Shown here: positions 21,179 through 29,898 of the stretch, piece by piece | How positions within the stretch are numbered: position 1 is the stretch's first letter | Layout of the letters: the number at the start of each line of letters is the position of its first letter | Origin: an uncultured Candidatus Rokubacteria bacterium | GTDB taxonomy: Bacteria > Methylomirabilota > Methylomirabilia > Rokubacteriales > CSP1-6 | Direction: 5' to 3' | NCBI GenBank assembly: GCA_963758635.1 | Contig: CAVWWD010000008.1 | Coordinates: 896,001-960,000, forward strand | DNA length: 64,000 nt | Notes under the pieces: generated by a model | Told to the model about the DNA's origin: nothing | What the model saw: the letters and a program-made list of their open reading frames with translations, nothing else | Database searches by the model: none | Made by a program: the position numbers and the translations under genes

Positions 21179-21718
21179 TCAGGCGGCGCGGAGCGTGGGC
21201 TCGCCCGCCCGCCAGTTGCAGGGGCAGAGCTCGCCGGTCTGGAGCGCGTCGAGCACGCGCAGCACCTCGTCGACGTTGCGGCCGACCGAGAGGTCGTTGA
21301 CGCTGGCGAAGCGGATCACGCCCTCGGGATCGGCGATGAACGTGGCCCGGAGCGGCACGCCCTCGTCCTTGTGGAGGATGCCGAGCGCGCTCGACAGCTC
21401 GCGCTTCGTGTCGGCCAGCATGGGGTAGGGAAGGCTGCGCAGGTCCGGATGGTCGCGGCGCCAGGCGAGATGGACGAAGTGGGTGTCCGTGCTCATGCCC
21501 AGCACCTGGGCGTTCTTCTCGGCGAACTCGCCGTGACGCTTGCCGAACTCCGCGATCTCGGTCGGGCAGACGAACGTGAAGTCCATGGGCCACGCGAACA
21601 GCACCAGCCACTTGCCGGGATGGCTCCGGCTCGTGATCCGGGCGAACTCGCGGCCGGGGTCGGCGCTCACCGTGGCGTGCAGATCGAACTCGGGCAGACG
21701 GTCTCCGACTGTCAGCAT
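21179..21718 (-). CDS. ahpC: peroxiredoxin (alkyl hydroperoxide reductase C)
   Basis: PMDFTFVCPTEI, VGRNVDEVLRVLDALQTGELCPCNW. Confidence 0.92.
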   Translation of the reverse strand: MLTVGDRLPEFDLHATVSADPGREFARITSRSHPGKWLVLFAWPMDFTFVCPTEIAEFGKRHGEFAEKNAQVLGMSTDTHFVHLAWRRDHPDLRSLPYPMLADTKRELSSALGILHKDEGVPLRATFIADPEGVIRFASVNDLSVGRNVDEVLRVLDALQTGELCPCNWRAGEPTLRAA

Positions 21719-21924
21719 GAAATGGTCTCCTGTACGCGGCGGGCCGCCGCGCGATCGATGTCCTGGCTTCGGAGGTTGGGACGCGGCGGCGCGGACCGGG
21801 GATTCGGGGCTCGACTAAGAACGAATGTTAGCGCGCCCTAACTGTGAGGAGACCGGCGGCCGGCTTCGGAGGAGAGACGGCCGCGCCGCCGGCCGGAGCG
21901 GCGGCGCGGCCGAGGATCATCGGG

Positions 21925-22977
21925 TCAGGCGCAGGCCAGCGCGTACACGTCCTTGACGCCCTCGGGCAGCGGGTACTCGTGCCACGTCCGCCCGCCGTCC
22001 TGGGTGCCGAACACCTGGCCGAGGCGGCTCGCGCAGTAGACCTGCTCGGGATCGCGGCCATGGAGCGCCAGCGCCATCATCGTGCTGTTCGCCTTGATGC
22101 CGTGGTCGAGCCGCTTCCAGGTCTGGCCGAGGTCCGTGCTCCGGTAGAGCGAGCCGTCCTCGCTCCGCGCCGCCGGGCTCAGGCAGGCGTAGAGCTGCCG
22201 CGGATCGTGCGGCGACACGTGCACGTCGCGCGCGTAGGTCAGCGGCGAGAACCGACCCACTTCCATGTCGTCCCAGGTCTTGCCCTGGTCCGCGCTCCGG
22301 AACAGGCCCATGCGCACGGCGAGGAACACCGTGCCCGCCTGGGCCCCGCTCACGCAGAGCGCGTGGCCGTCCATCATGCCCTCGATCTCGGTGTCGCTCT
22401 GGATGCGGCTCTTGAGGTGCGGCCGCTCGGCCAGCTTCACCAGGTCGTCGCTGCAGTCGCTCCACGTCTCGCCGCCGTCGAGGCTCCGGATGACGCCGCC
22501 CACTTCCACGGCCGCGTAGACCTCGTCGGGTCGGCTCGGGTCCACGGCCAGCCGCATGATGCGGCAGGGGAACTCCATCTTCACGCGCTCGGGGACGGTG
22601 GCGGAGGCCAGGTGGCGCCAGGTGTCGCCGCCGTCGTCGCTCCGGTACACGCCCACGGGCGCCGTCCCGAGGTACAGGGTGCGAGGCTTCGTGGGGTGGA
22701 CCTGGATCGCCCACACCTCGAGGCCCTCGGGGAAGGAGAGGCGCTGCCAGCTCTCGCCCCCGTCGGTGCTGCGATAGGGGCCGCTCCGCGTTCCCAGGTA
22801 CATGAGCTTCGGATCCTGGGGATGCACGGTGATCGACTGCACGTCGGTGCGCTCGGGCAGGCCCTTCTCGATCGCCTCCCACTCGCCCGCGCCGGGGCCC
22901 CGGCGGAAGAGCCCGCCGCGCGTCGTGCGTCCCGAGCGGGCGGCGCCCGCGTAGATGTGCGTGGTCTGCGTGGTCAT
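21925..22977 (-). CDS. BNR/Asp-box repeat beta-propeller protein (sialidase/Ycf48-like)
   Basis: Repeated SxDGGxTW boxes (RSTDGGESW, RSDDGGDTW, RSLDGGETW, RSADQGKTW, RSTDLGQTW). Confidence 0.85.
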   Translation of the reverse strand: MTTQTTHIYAGAARSGRTTRGGLFRRGPGAGEWEAIEKGLPERTDVQSITVHPQDPKLMYLGTRSGPYRSTDGGESWQRLSFPEGLEVWAIQVHPTKPRTLYLGTAPVGVYRSDDGGDTWRHLASATVPERVKMEFPCRIMRLAVDPSRPDEVYAAVEVGGVIRSLDGGETWSDCSDDLVKLAERPHLKSRIQSDTEIEGMMDGHALCVSGAQAGTVFLAVRMGLFRSADQGKTWDDMEVGRFSPLTYARDVHVSPHDPRQLYACLSPAARSEDGSLYRSTDLGQTWKRLDHGIKANSTMMALALHGRDPEQVYCASRLGQVFGTQDGGRTWHEYPLPEGVKDVYALACA

Positions 22978-23045
22978 CGGTTCATCCTCCTCTCGCGTCG
23001 ATCAGGTGGTTCGAGCGCGGGCAGTTGGCGGCGCCACTGGCGCAA

Positions 23046-23078
23046 GGTGCGGGCGGGCGAAGCCCGGGCGCCCGCACC
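23046..23078. repeat. REP-like palindrome, family A, copy 2
   Basis: GGTGCGGGCGGGCGAAGCCCGGGCGCCCGCACC. Confidence 0.85.
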
Positions 23079-23089
23079 TGGTGAGCGAG

Positions 23090-24136
23090 CTATGCCCCGG
23101 GGCCGCGCTCCATCGAGTAGGGCTGCCACCGCTTGAGCTTCCCCTTCTCGAGCACCGACGGGTTCACGCAGCTCCGCGGCCACTTGCCGGAGAGCACGAG
23201 CGCGATCTCGTGTCCGACGCGGCGGAGCCGGGCGGCATCGAAGCGCGCGGACGCGGAGGCGACGTGAGCGGTGAGGATGACGTTGTCCATGCCCATGAGC
23301 GGATTGCCGGGCACGGGCGGCTCCTGCTCCAGCACGTCGAGGCCGGCGCCGGCGATCCAGCCTTCCTGGAGCGCCTTGATCAGCCCGGACTCGTCGACCG
23401 TGGGTCCGCGGCCGGTGTTGACGAAGAGCGCGGTGGGCTTCATCTGCCGGAAGTGCTCCTCGCGCAGCATGTGGTGCGCCTCCGGCGTGGCCGGCGCGTG
23501 CATCGTGATGATGTCGGACTTCTGGAGCACCTCGGAGAGGCTGGCCGGCTCCACGCCGTAGGGGCTCATCACCAGCTCCTCCACGAACGGGTCATAGGCG
23601 ATCATGCGCACGCCGAAGGGCCGGGCGCGCATGGCCACCGCGCGCGCCACGTGGCCGAAGGCGATGAAGCCGAGCGTCTGGCCCATGAGCCGCGGGATCT
23701 GGAGGAGCATCGGCCGCCCCTCCTTCCAGCGGTTCTCGCGCACGAGCCGATCCTGGACGACCAGGCGGCGGAACGTGGCGAGGATCAGCATCATCGCGTG
23801 GTCGGCGACCTCCTCGATGAAGGTGTCGGGCACGTTGGTGACGGGGATGCCGCGCTCCGTCGCCGCCGCCACGTCGACCGAGTCCACGCCGACGCTGCCG
23901 AGCGAGATGACCTTGCAGCGCTCGAGGCCGTCGATCATCGCCTTCGTGATGCGGCGTCCCTTCGCGTAGACGGCGTCGGCGTCCCGCGCCGCCTTGGCGA
24001 ACTCCGCCTCCGTGCCCGACGGGATCTCGACGATCTCCGCCCCGATGGGGCCGAGGGCCTCCATCTCCAGGTCGTAGGCCGCGCCCGCGGATCCGTAGCT
24101 CGTGCCTGCCGGAGTAGCCACCTTGAACTTCGCCAC
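23090..24136 (-). CDS. D-2-hydroxyacid dehydrogenase (CtBP-like)
   Basis: VTNVPDTFIEEVADHA, AFGHVA, NTGRG, LDVLEQEP, LTAHVAS; AAGGAGG RBS. Confidence 0.9.
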   Translation of the reverse strand: MAKFKVATPAGTSYGSAGAAYDLEMEALGPIGAEIVEIPSGTEAEFAKAARDADAVYAKGRRITKAMIDGLERCKVISLGSVGVDSVDVAAATERGIPVTNVPDTFIEEVADHAMMLILATFRRLVVQDRLVRENRWKEGRPMLLQIPRLMGQTLGFIAFGHVARAVAMRARPFGVRMIAYDPFVEELVMSPYGVEPASLSEVLQKSDIITMHAPATPEAHHMLREEHFRQMKPTALFVNTGRGPTVDESGLIKALQEGWIAGAGLDVLEQEPPVPGNPLMGMDNVILTAHVASASARFDAARLRRVGHEIALVLSGKWPRSCVNPSVLEKGKLKRWQPYSMERGPGA

Positions 24137-24226
24137 GCTGTCGCCTCCTTGGGGTGAGGTGTGCGGTCCAGGGGTCGGTTATAGAACCTTTCCGGCTGCA
24201 TTTCCACATGCGTACTGCTTGCGGGC

Positions 24227-24282
24227 GGTTGGTTCCACTGCATTTCCATATGCGCTCCGCTCGCCTTCGGCTCGCTGCGCAA
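24227..24282 (-). repeat. 56-bp dispersed repeat, family B, copy 1
   Basis: TTGCGCAGCGAGCCGAAGGCGAGCGGAGCGCATATGGAAATGCAGTGGAACCAACC; 4 mismatches to 27629-27684. Confidence 0.85.
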
Positions 24283-24300
24283 AGCAGGTCGCTGCGCAAA

Positions 24301-25982
24301 TCAAGTGCCCGTTTCACCGCCGTCGCCGGGGTCGGGAACTCGTCGGGATCGATCGGCACCTCCACGATGGCGGGCTTGCCGCAGGCGAGCGCGGCGCGGA
24401 TCACGTCGCCGACCTGGTCGGCGTGCTCCACGTGGTAGCCCTCGGCCCCGAAGAGGCGCGCGAACTGGTCGTAGCGCGGGTTGGCGATGTCGCAGCCGAT
24501 GTAGCGCTCGTGATAGAAGTGCTTCTGGTACGCCTTCTCCGATCCCCAGCAGTTGTTGTTCATCACGAGGGTCACCGCGTTGATGCCGTGGCGCACCGCC
24601 GTCTCGATCTCCTGCGCGTTCATGAGGAAGCCGCCGTCGCCGTGGATGGCGAGCACCGGGGCGTCGGGCCGGCCGAGCTTGGCGCCGAGCGCCTCGGGGA
24701 AGGCGAAGCCGAGCCCGCCCAGGTCGAGCGGCGTGAGGAACGTCCGCGGGCGTGAGAAGTTCAGCCGGTCGTAGCCGTAGGCGGGCGCCGCCCCGGCGTC
24801 GAGGGCGACGATGGTGTCGGCGGGCAGGGCGCGGCGGAGCTCCGCGTACACGCGCTGCGGCTTCAGCGGCGCGGTGGAGAGCGTCGCCTCCGCCTCGAGG
24901 CGCGCGCGGCGCTTGTCGCGGAACGCCTCGGCCTCGAGGCGCCACGCGGGCCGGGGCGGCGGGGCGCCCTCGCGGCCCAGCGCCTCCAGGAGGGCGCGGC
25001 ACGCCTCGCGCGCGTCGGCCTGGATGCCGACGGCCAGCGGGTAGTAGCGGCCGATGTCGCGCGCCTCCACGTCGATCTGGACGATCCGCGTCTCCGGGCG
25101 CAGGTAGCGGTCGTCGAAGTGCGTGGTGAACTGGCCGAGTCGCGAGCCGATGACCAGCACGACGTCGGCGCGGCGGCACGCCGAGGCCGCCTCCGGCGAT
25201 CCGGCGCGGCCGAGGGGGCCCACGTAGAGCGGGTGGGCGCTCGGCACCGCGTCGTTCCGGCCGTAGGCGGTGATCATCGGGATCCCGTGCTGCTCGGCCA
25301 GCCGCACCACCAGCTCGTTGGCGTCGGCCCACGTGGCGCCGCCGCCCACCAGGAGGAGCGGGCGCTCGGCCTGGCGGATGAGCCGGGCCGCCTCGCGGAT
25401 GGCGTCGGGATGCGGCGGGGCGGCGTACGTCGAGCGGTAGCCGGCCGGCGGGGCCGCCGCGGGGGCCGAAGGCAAGGGCGCGGCGAGCACGTCGCGCGGG
25501 ATCTCGACGAGCACCGGTCCGCGCCGCCCGCTCATGGCCGCGCGGAGCGCGTCGTGGAGCGTCTCGGCGATGCGCGCGGGCGAGTTCACCTGCACGGCGA
25601 GCTTGGTGACGGGACGGAACATGCTCACGAGGTCGTAGTCCTGGAAGGCGTCGCGCTGGTAGTGCTCGAGCATGACGCCGCCGACCAGGGCCACCACCGG
25701 GGAGTGCGCGACGTGGGCGGCCGCGATGCCGGTGAGCAGGTTCGTGGCCCCGGGCCCGCTCGTGACCAGGCAGACGCCGGGAGTGCCGGTGACGCGGGCG
25801 AGGCCGTCGGCCATGAACGCGGCGGCCTGCTCGTGCCGGACGTTGATGTACTCGATGCTGTGATCGTCGTAGAGGGCGTCGAGGACGTCGAGGAACGTGG
25901 AGCCGACGATCCCGAAGATGTACCGCACGCCTTCTGCCTTCAGCAGCTCGACCACCGCGCGGCCGCCCGTCGCATCGCTCAT
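24301..25982 (-). CDS. thiamine pyrophosphate-dependent enzyme, sulfoacetaldehyde acetyltransferase (Xsc)-like; stop codon out of frame
   Basis: FGIVGSTFLDVLD, RHEQAAAFMADG, SGPGATN, GDGGFLMN..NN TPP motif, WGSEKAYQKHFY. Confidence 0.85.
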
Positions 25983-26053
25983 GTTCTGGTCTCCTCTGTC
26001 GCTTACTCCCCGACTCCACGCTTCATCGCCCCTCCGGCGACTCGCGCGAGGGC

Positions 26054-26201
26054 GGGGGCGGCGGGGAGGCACCGGGGGTCCCGGAACCACGCCGCACGCG
26101 TCCGCTGCCCGGCTGGGGCTGGGCTCCATCCGGGCACGGGAGGTCCGTCGCCGGATGGAGGGGAAGGGCTCCGGGACCCCCGGTGCCTCCCCACCGCCCC
26201 C
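26054..26201. repeat. 32-bp inverted repeat pair around an 84-bp spacer
   Basis: GGGGGCGGCGGGGAGGCACCGGGGGTCCCGGA (26054-26085) vs its reverse complement at 26170-26201, one mismatch. Confidence 0.8.
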
Positions 26202-26241
26202 CAGGCATCGCGCTACCGACAGTCTGGTCGGCGCTGCAAAT

Positions 26242-26994
26242 TCAGATCGCCAGGTAGCCGCCGTCGACGGCGAGCTCGGCCCCGGTGATGTACGAGGCCT
26301 CGTCGGAGGCCAGGAACAGGACGGCGTACGCCACCTCCTCGACGCGGCCCTCGCGGCGCAGCGGCACGCCGCGGAGCATGCGCGCGCGGCGCTCCGGGTC
26401 GGCGGTGACCGTCGACGTGCGCATGGGCGGCAGCACGCCGGGGTGCACCGAGTTCACGCGGATGCCGTCCTTCGCGAACTGCACGGCCGCGGACTTGCTC
26501 ATGACGCGCACCGCGCCCTTCGAGGCGTTGTAGCCCATGTGGATGCCGTCCTGGCCCACGATCCCCGAGATCGACGAGATGTTCACGATCGAGCCGCCGC
26601 CGGCCCGGCGCATGGCGGGGATGGCCGTCTTCATGCCGAGGAAGACGCCCTTGGCGTTCACGTTCATGAGGGCGTCCCAGCCGGCCGTATCCATGGGATC
26701 GGTGGCGACGCCGCCGCTGATGCCCGCGTTGTTGACGAGGACGTTGAGCTTGCCGAAGACGCGCGCGGCCTCGGCCACCGCCGCCTCCCATTCCCGCTCA
26801 CTGGTGACGTTGAGGCGCGCGAACTGCGCCTTGCCGCCCGCCCCGGCGATCTCCTCGACGACCTTGCGCCCGTCGGCCTCGAGCATGTCGGCCACGACGA
26901 CGGCGGCGCCCTCGCGCGCGAACATCACCGCCTCGCACCGCCCCATGCCGCTGGCCCCGCCGGTGACGATGGCTACCTTGCCTGCGAGTCTCAT
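26242..26994 (-). CDS. SDR family NAD(P)-dependent oxidoreductase
   Basis: TGGASGMG, NNAG, YNASK, NSVHPG, ITGAELAVDGG. Confidence 0.95.
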   Translation of the reverse strand: MRLAGKVAIVTGGASGMGRCEAVMFAREGAAVVVADMLEADGRKVVEEIAGAGGKAQFARLNVTSEREWEAAVAEAARVFGKLNVLVNNAGISGGVATDPMDTAGWDALMNVNAKGVFLGMKTAIPAMRRAGGGSIVNISSISGIVGQDGIHMGYNASKGAVRVMSKSAAVQFAKDGIRVNSVHPGVLPPMRTSTVTADPERRARMLRGVPLRREGRVEEVAYAVLFLASDEASYITGAELAVDGGYLAI

Positions 26995-27040
26995 GGAAGG
27001 CCTCCTTTGGCGCGTCGATTATCCACGAATCGTGGGCCCG

Positions 27041-27140
27041 GCGGCGTGCCGTTGCAACGGGCCCCGTGCCGTTGCAGCGGGCGCTGTCCCGATGCAACCG
27101 CCGGCCTGCCGTTGCAACCGCCGGCCTGCCGTTGCAATCC
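27041..27140. repeat. five 20-bp tandem repeats with a GCCGTTGCAAC core in a divergent intergenic region
   Basis: Units start at 27041, 27061, 27081, 27101 and 27121. Confidence 0.85.
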
Positions 27141-27192
27141 CGGCCGTTCTGCGATCAGATCGGGGCGGGCGGTCGCCCCAGGAGGAACGCGC

Positions 27193-27291
27193 GTGGCAGC
27201 AACCGCGGCGGTGCTGTACGAGGTCGGGAAGCCCCTGGTGGGCGTGCCCATGCTCACCGACCTCTACATACGAGTGAACGTCCGAGAGTGA
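27193..27291 (+). pseudogene. internally deleted Zn-dependent alcohol dehydrogenase remnant
   Basis: AGGAGG RBS, then VAATAAVLYEVGKPLV (ADH N-terminus) joined to GVPMLTDLY (resembles the C-terminal DIPxLxDLY), then stop. Confidence 0.55.
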
Positions 27292-27307
27292 TTCCAGGAG
27301 GCCATGC

Positions 27308-27646
27308 GTGAGCGCGAAGCCCTACGTGTTCGAGTTCGGGATGGGCGTGGACGTGCACGGGGACGACGGCACCACGGCGGCGTGCCGCGGGGTGTCGGAC
27401 GCGATCCGGCACTCGAGCCTGCCGTTCTTCCGCGACGTGCGCGAGCGCGGCGGGCGGATGCTCGTGGACGTGACGGTGGGCGTGCCCGAGCCCGCCAAGG
27501 TGGACGTGCAGCGCGTGGCGCGCGAGCTGCCCCACGGTGAGGTCACGGTTCGCGCGGTGCCCGGGGGCCTCAAGGTGCCCGGCTCGGACACCGTGATCGC
27601 CTGTGTCGCCATCACGGTGAGCGTGGAATTGCGCAGCGAGCCGTAG
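27308..27646 (+). CDS. Lin0512 family protein
   Basis: FEFGMGVDVHGDDGTTAACRGVSDAIRHSSL, VDVTVGVPEP, LPHG..VPGGL. Confidence 0.85.
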   Translation: MSAKPYVFEFGMGVDVHGDDGTTAACRGVSDAIRHSSLPFFRDVRERGGRMLVDVTVGVPEPAKVDVQRVARELPHGEVTVRAVPGGLKVPGSDTVIACVAITVSVELRSEP

Positions 27647-27684
27647 GCGAGCGGAGCGCACATGGAAATGAAGTGGAAACAACC
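27629..27684 (+). repeat. 56-bp dispersed repeat, family B, copy 2; overlaps the Lin0512 stop codon
   Basis: TTGCGCAGCGAGCCGTAGGCGAGCGGAGCGCACATGGAAATGAAGTGGAAACAACC. Confidence 0.85.
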
Positions 27685-27708
27685 AACACCCGAGCGGAAG
27701 GACATGAC

Positions 27709-28167
27709 GTGAGCGCGACCACGGGGATCGGGCTCCGCCGACTCCAGCACCTGGTGCTGTGGGTCTCCGACGTGGAGCGCAGCGTGCGGTTCTATCGCGA
27801 CGTCCTCGGCTTCGAGGTGAAGTCCCAGCGCCGGGGCGGAGCCTTCCTGCGCATCCCGGGGAGTCCGGACGATCATCACCTGGGCCTGTTCGAGCAGACC
27901 GGCGTCCCCGGTCCGGACGAGGGCGTGGCGCGCATGTACCACTCGGCCTGGGAGGTGGGGGAGCTGACCGACCTCGCGCGAGCGCGGGAGCGGCTTTTCG
28001 CCGCGGGCGCCCTCGTCGGCGAGTCGGACCATGGCGTCAGCTTGTCGCTCTACGCCCGGGACCCCGACGGACTCGAGTTCGAGATCTTCTGGACCGTGCC
28101 CGGCGGCACTCCCGTGGGTACCCGCCGCCTCGATCTCCGCGCCGAGCTGTCCCGCCGCGGCCTCTAG
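27709..28167 (+). CDS. VOC (glyoxalase/bleomycin resistance) family protein
   Basis: LQHLVLWVSDVERSVRFYRDVLG, HHLGL, YHSAW, DHG..SLYARDPDGLEFEI. Confidence 0.9.
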   Translation: MSATTGIGLRRLQHLVLWVSDVERSVRFYRDVLGFEVKSQRRGGAFLRIPGSPDDHHLGLFEQTGVPGPDEGVARMYHSAWEVGELTDLARARERLFAAGALVGESDHGVSLSLYARDPDGLEFEIFWTVPGGTPVGTRRLDLRAELSRRGL

Positions 28168-28239
28168 ACTTCCGCCCCGCGTTCGGGCTCAGCCGGCGCA
28201 CGGCTCGACGCGAGAGCGGAGGGCCGCGCGCGCTCCGCC

Positions 28240-29679
28240 CTACGCGACGAGCAACGCATGGTCGCGAAGACGTTGCAGGATGTCGTCGGTGAGGCGCCCG
28301 ACATCCAACTCGTCGCCCCGCCGGCGCCGCATCCAATCCCGGACGATCGTGCCCGATTCGAGGGCGTGGGCCACCGACGCGGCGACATCGTCTCGGCTGT
28401 GGACGCCATCCAGAAGAGTGACCACGTGACGGCCGAGGTCCGTCAACCGCACGGCGTCCCCTCTCTGATCGGTCACCGTCGAATCGCTGAGGGCCTGAAG
28501 ACGAACCAGCGGACTGACCGTTGGCCGATCACTGACGCAGCTCGCCACGCAGGGAGGTGACAGCGCCACGTCCATCAGCCCCGCCGCATACGCGTCCATG
28601 AAAAAGCGTGTCGGCGCCTCGCCGCGCTCCAGCAGCTCGCTGAAGGCCACGAATCCGGGACGCCTCTCCGCCAGGCGGGACAGGGCTTCCTGGATCAGCG
28701 GATTTGGCGCGACGAGCTCCCCGCGCGCGACCAGGCTGATCCAGGAGTCGCGCAGAACCGCGTCTTCAGGGCGGCCGGTGATCCGGACATCCTGGTGACA
28801 CACGAGGGCGCCCCGGCCCGCGCAATTGGTGAGGAAGTCCACGTACTGCTGCCGGTCCAAGCGCGGGAGCTCATCGAGAAACTCGCGCACGGCCGCGGGC
28901 TCGCGAGGCCCACGGAGACGAGTGACGTCGGAATCGGCCACGAATTGCAAGCCCGCTTCACCGATCAGCTGGACGAACTCGTGAAAGTAGAACGCCTGGT
29001 GATGCTCCGAGAACGCCAGGTGATACAGCTGCTCGTCGCTGATCGCGCTGAAGCGGAAGTACTCCTCGCGCAGCAGGTCCGCGTAGGGCCCGGGGCTCTG
29101 GTCCTGGACGGCGGCGCCCATGGCGAGCATGCGGCGCGCTTGATCGACGGCCTGTCGAGGGTCGGAGAGGCCGGCGGCGTGGTACCGCATCATGTCGCGG
29201 GCGAGGCCGTGGAGGCGCCATCCGGGCAACGCGTCATAGAAGAGGTAGCCGACTCCGCGGGGAGCCAGGTTCCGCTTCTCGACGGACAGGATCTTCTGCC
29301 GCACCGTCGGCGCGACCCACGAGAACACGTCGTGGCACAGGACGTAGTCGAACGCGCCCCACCCGTCGTCCACATCGCAGATGTCGACGTGCCGCAGCTC
29401 GACGTTGGTGAGGCCCAGGCCGTCGATGAGGCGTTGCGCTGATCCAAGCGCGCTCCGGCTGAGGTCACATCCGATGAAGCGAGCCCCCGGATGCGCCAGT
29501 GCCAGCGGGATCAGGTTGGCGGCGCTCCCACATCCCAGCTCCAGAACCCGGGCGTGCGCCGTGGGGGCCGCGAGCAGACCGAACAGCCTGGCGAGCACCT
29601 CGATCCGCCGGACGTTCGCACCCGGTACGCTCGTGCCGCGAAACGGCACGAGGTCGTAGGGATACGCGCCAGAACTCAT
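28240..29679 (-). CDS. class I SAM-dependent methyltransferase with methyltransferase-regulatory domain and C-terminal winged helix (Rickettsia PKMT-like)
   Basis: YDLVPF, ARLFGL..ARVLELGCG, FDYVLCHDVFSWV, YDALPGW..RDMMRYH, FYFHEF..GLQFVAD, QYVDFLTN, LLDG..RDD..LQRLRDHALL. Confidence 0.88.
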   Translation of the reverse strand: MSSGAYPYDLVPFRGTSVPGANVRRIEVLARLFGLLAAPTAHARVLELGCGSAANLIPLALAHPGARFIGCDLSRSALGSAQRLIDGLGLTNVELRHVDICDVDDGWGAFDYVLCHDVFSWVAPTVRQKILSVEKRNLAPRGVGYLFYDALPGWRLHGLARDMMRYHAAGLSDPRQAVDQARRMLAMGAAVQDQSPGPYADLLREEYFRFSAISDEQLYHLAFSEHHQAFYFHEFVQLIGEAGLQFVADSDVTRLRGPREPAAVREFLDELPRLDRQQYVDFLTNCAGRGALVCHQDVRITGRPEDAVLRDSWISLVARGELVAPNPLIQEALSRLAERRPGFVAFSELLERGEAPTRFFMDAYAAGLMDVALSPPCVASCVSDRPTVSPLVRLQALSDSTVTDQRGDAVRLTDLGRHVVTLLDGVHSRDDVAASVAHALESGTIVRDWMRRRRGDELDVGRLTDDILQRLRDHALLVA

Positions 29680-29734
29680 GCGGCGCTCGCCTGCGGACAG
29701 GTGCGGATTCGATCCGCTCCAGCAGGCTTCGGCG

Positions 29735-29869
29735 CTACACCAGGGTTCGGGGACTCTTCAGTAGCTCCGAGAGCAACCGGGCGAGCGTCATCCGGTCTGC
29801 TGCATTCGTCACCGCCTGGCCCTGGCTGAACTGGTGGGCGCCCGCGAACGTGATGCCCGATCGTTGCAG
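29735..29869 (-). pseudogene. 5'-truncated second copy of the small Reb-like protein
   Basis: Reads LQRSGITFAGAHQFSQGQAVTNAADRMTLARLLSELLKSPRTLV then TAG; 37 of 44 residues identical to the upstream copy; no ATG/GTG at its 5' end. Confidence 0.7.
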
Positions 29870-29898
29870 ACTCCTATCGGCTGCGGCGTGCTCCGGTG

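Noticed and set aside
23592..24300. 845-aa extended TPP enzyme or fusion with the downstream dehydrogenase
   Set aside because: The extension runs through a repeat and is out of frame with the dehydrogenase, which has its own RBS; one indel restores TGA at 24301
27041..27140. Sigma-54 promoters or CRISPR in the 20-bp array
   Set aside because: GG-to-GC spacing is 13 nt rather than 10, and the units are too short and lack unique spacers
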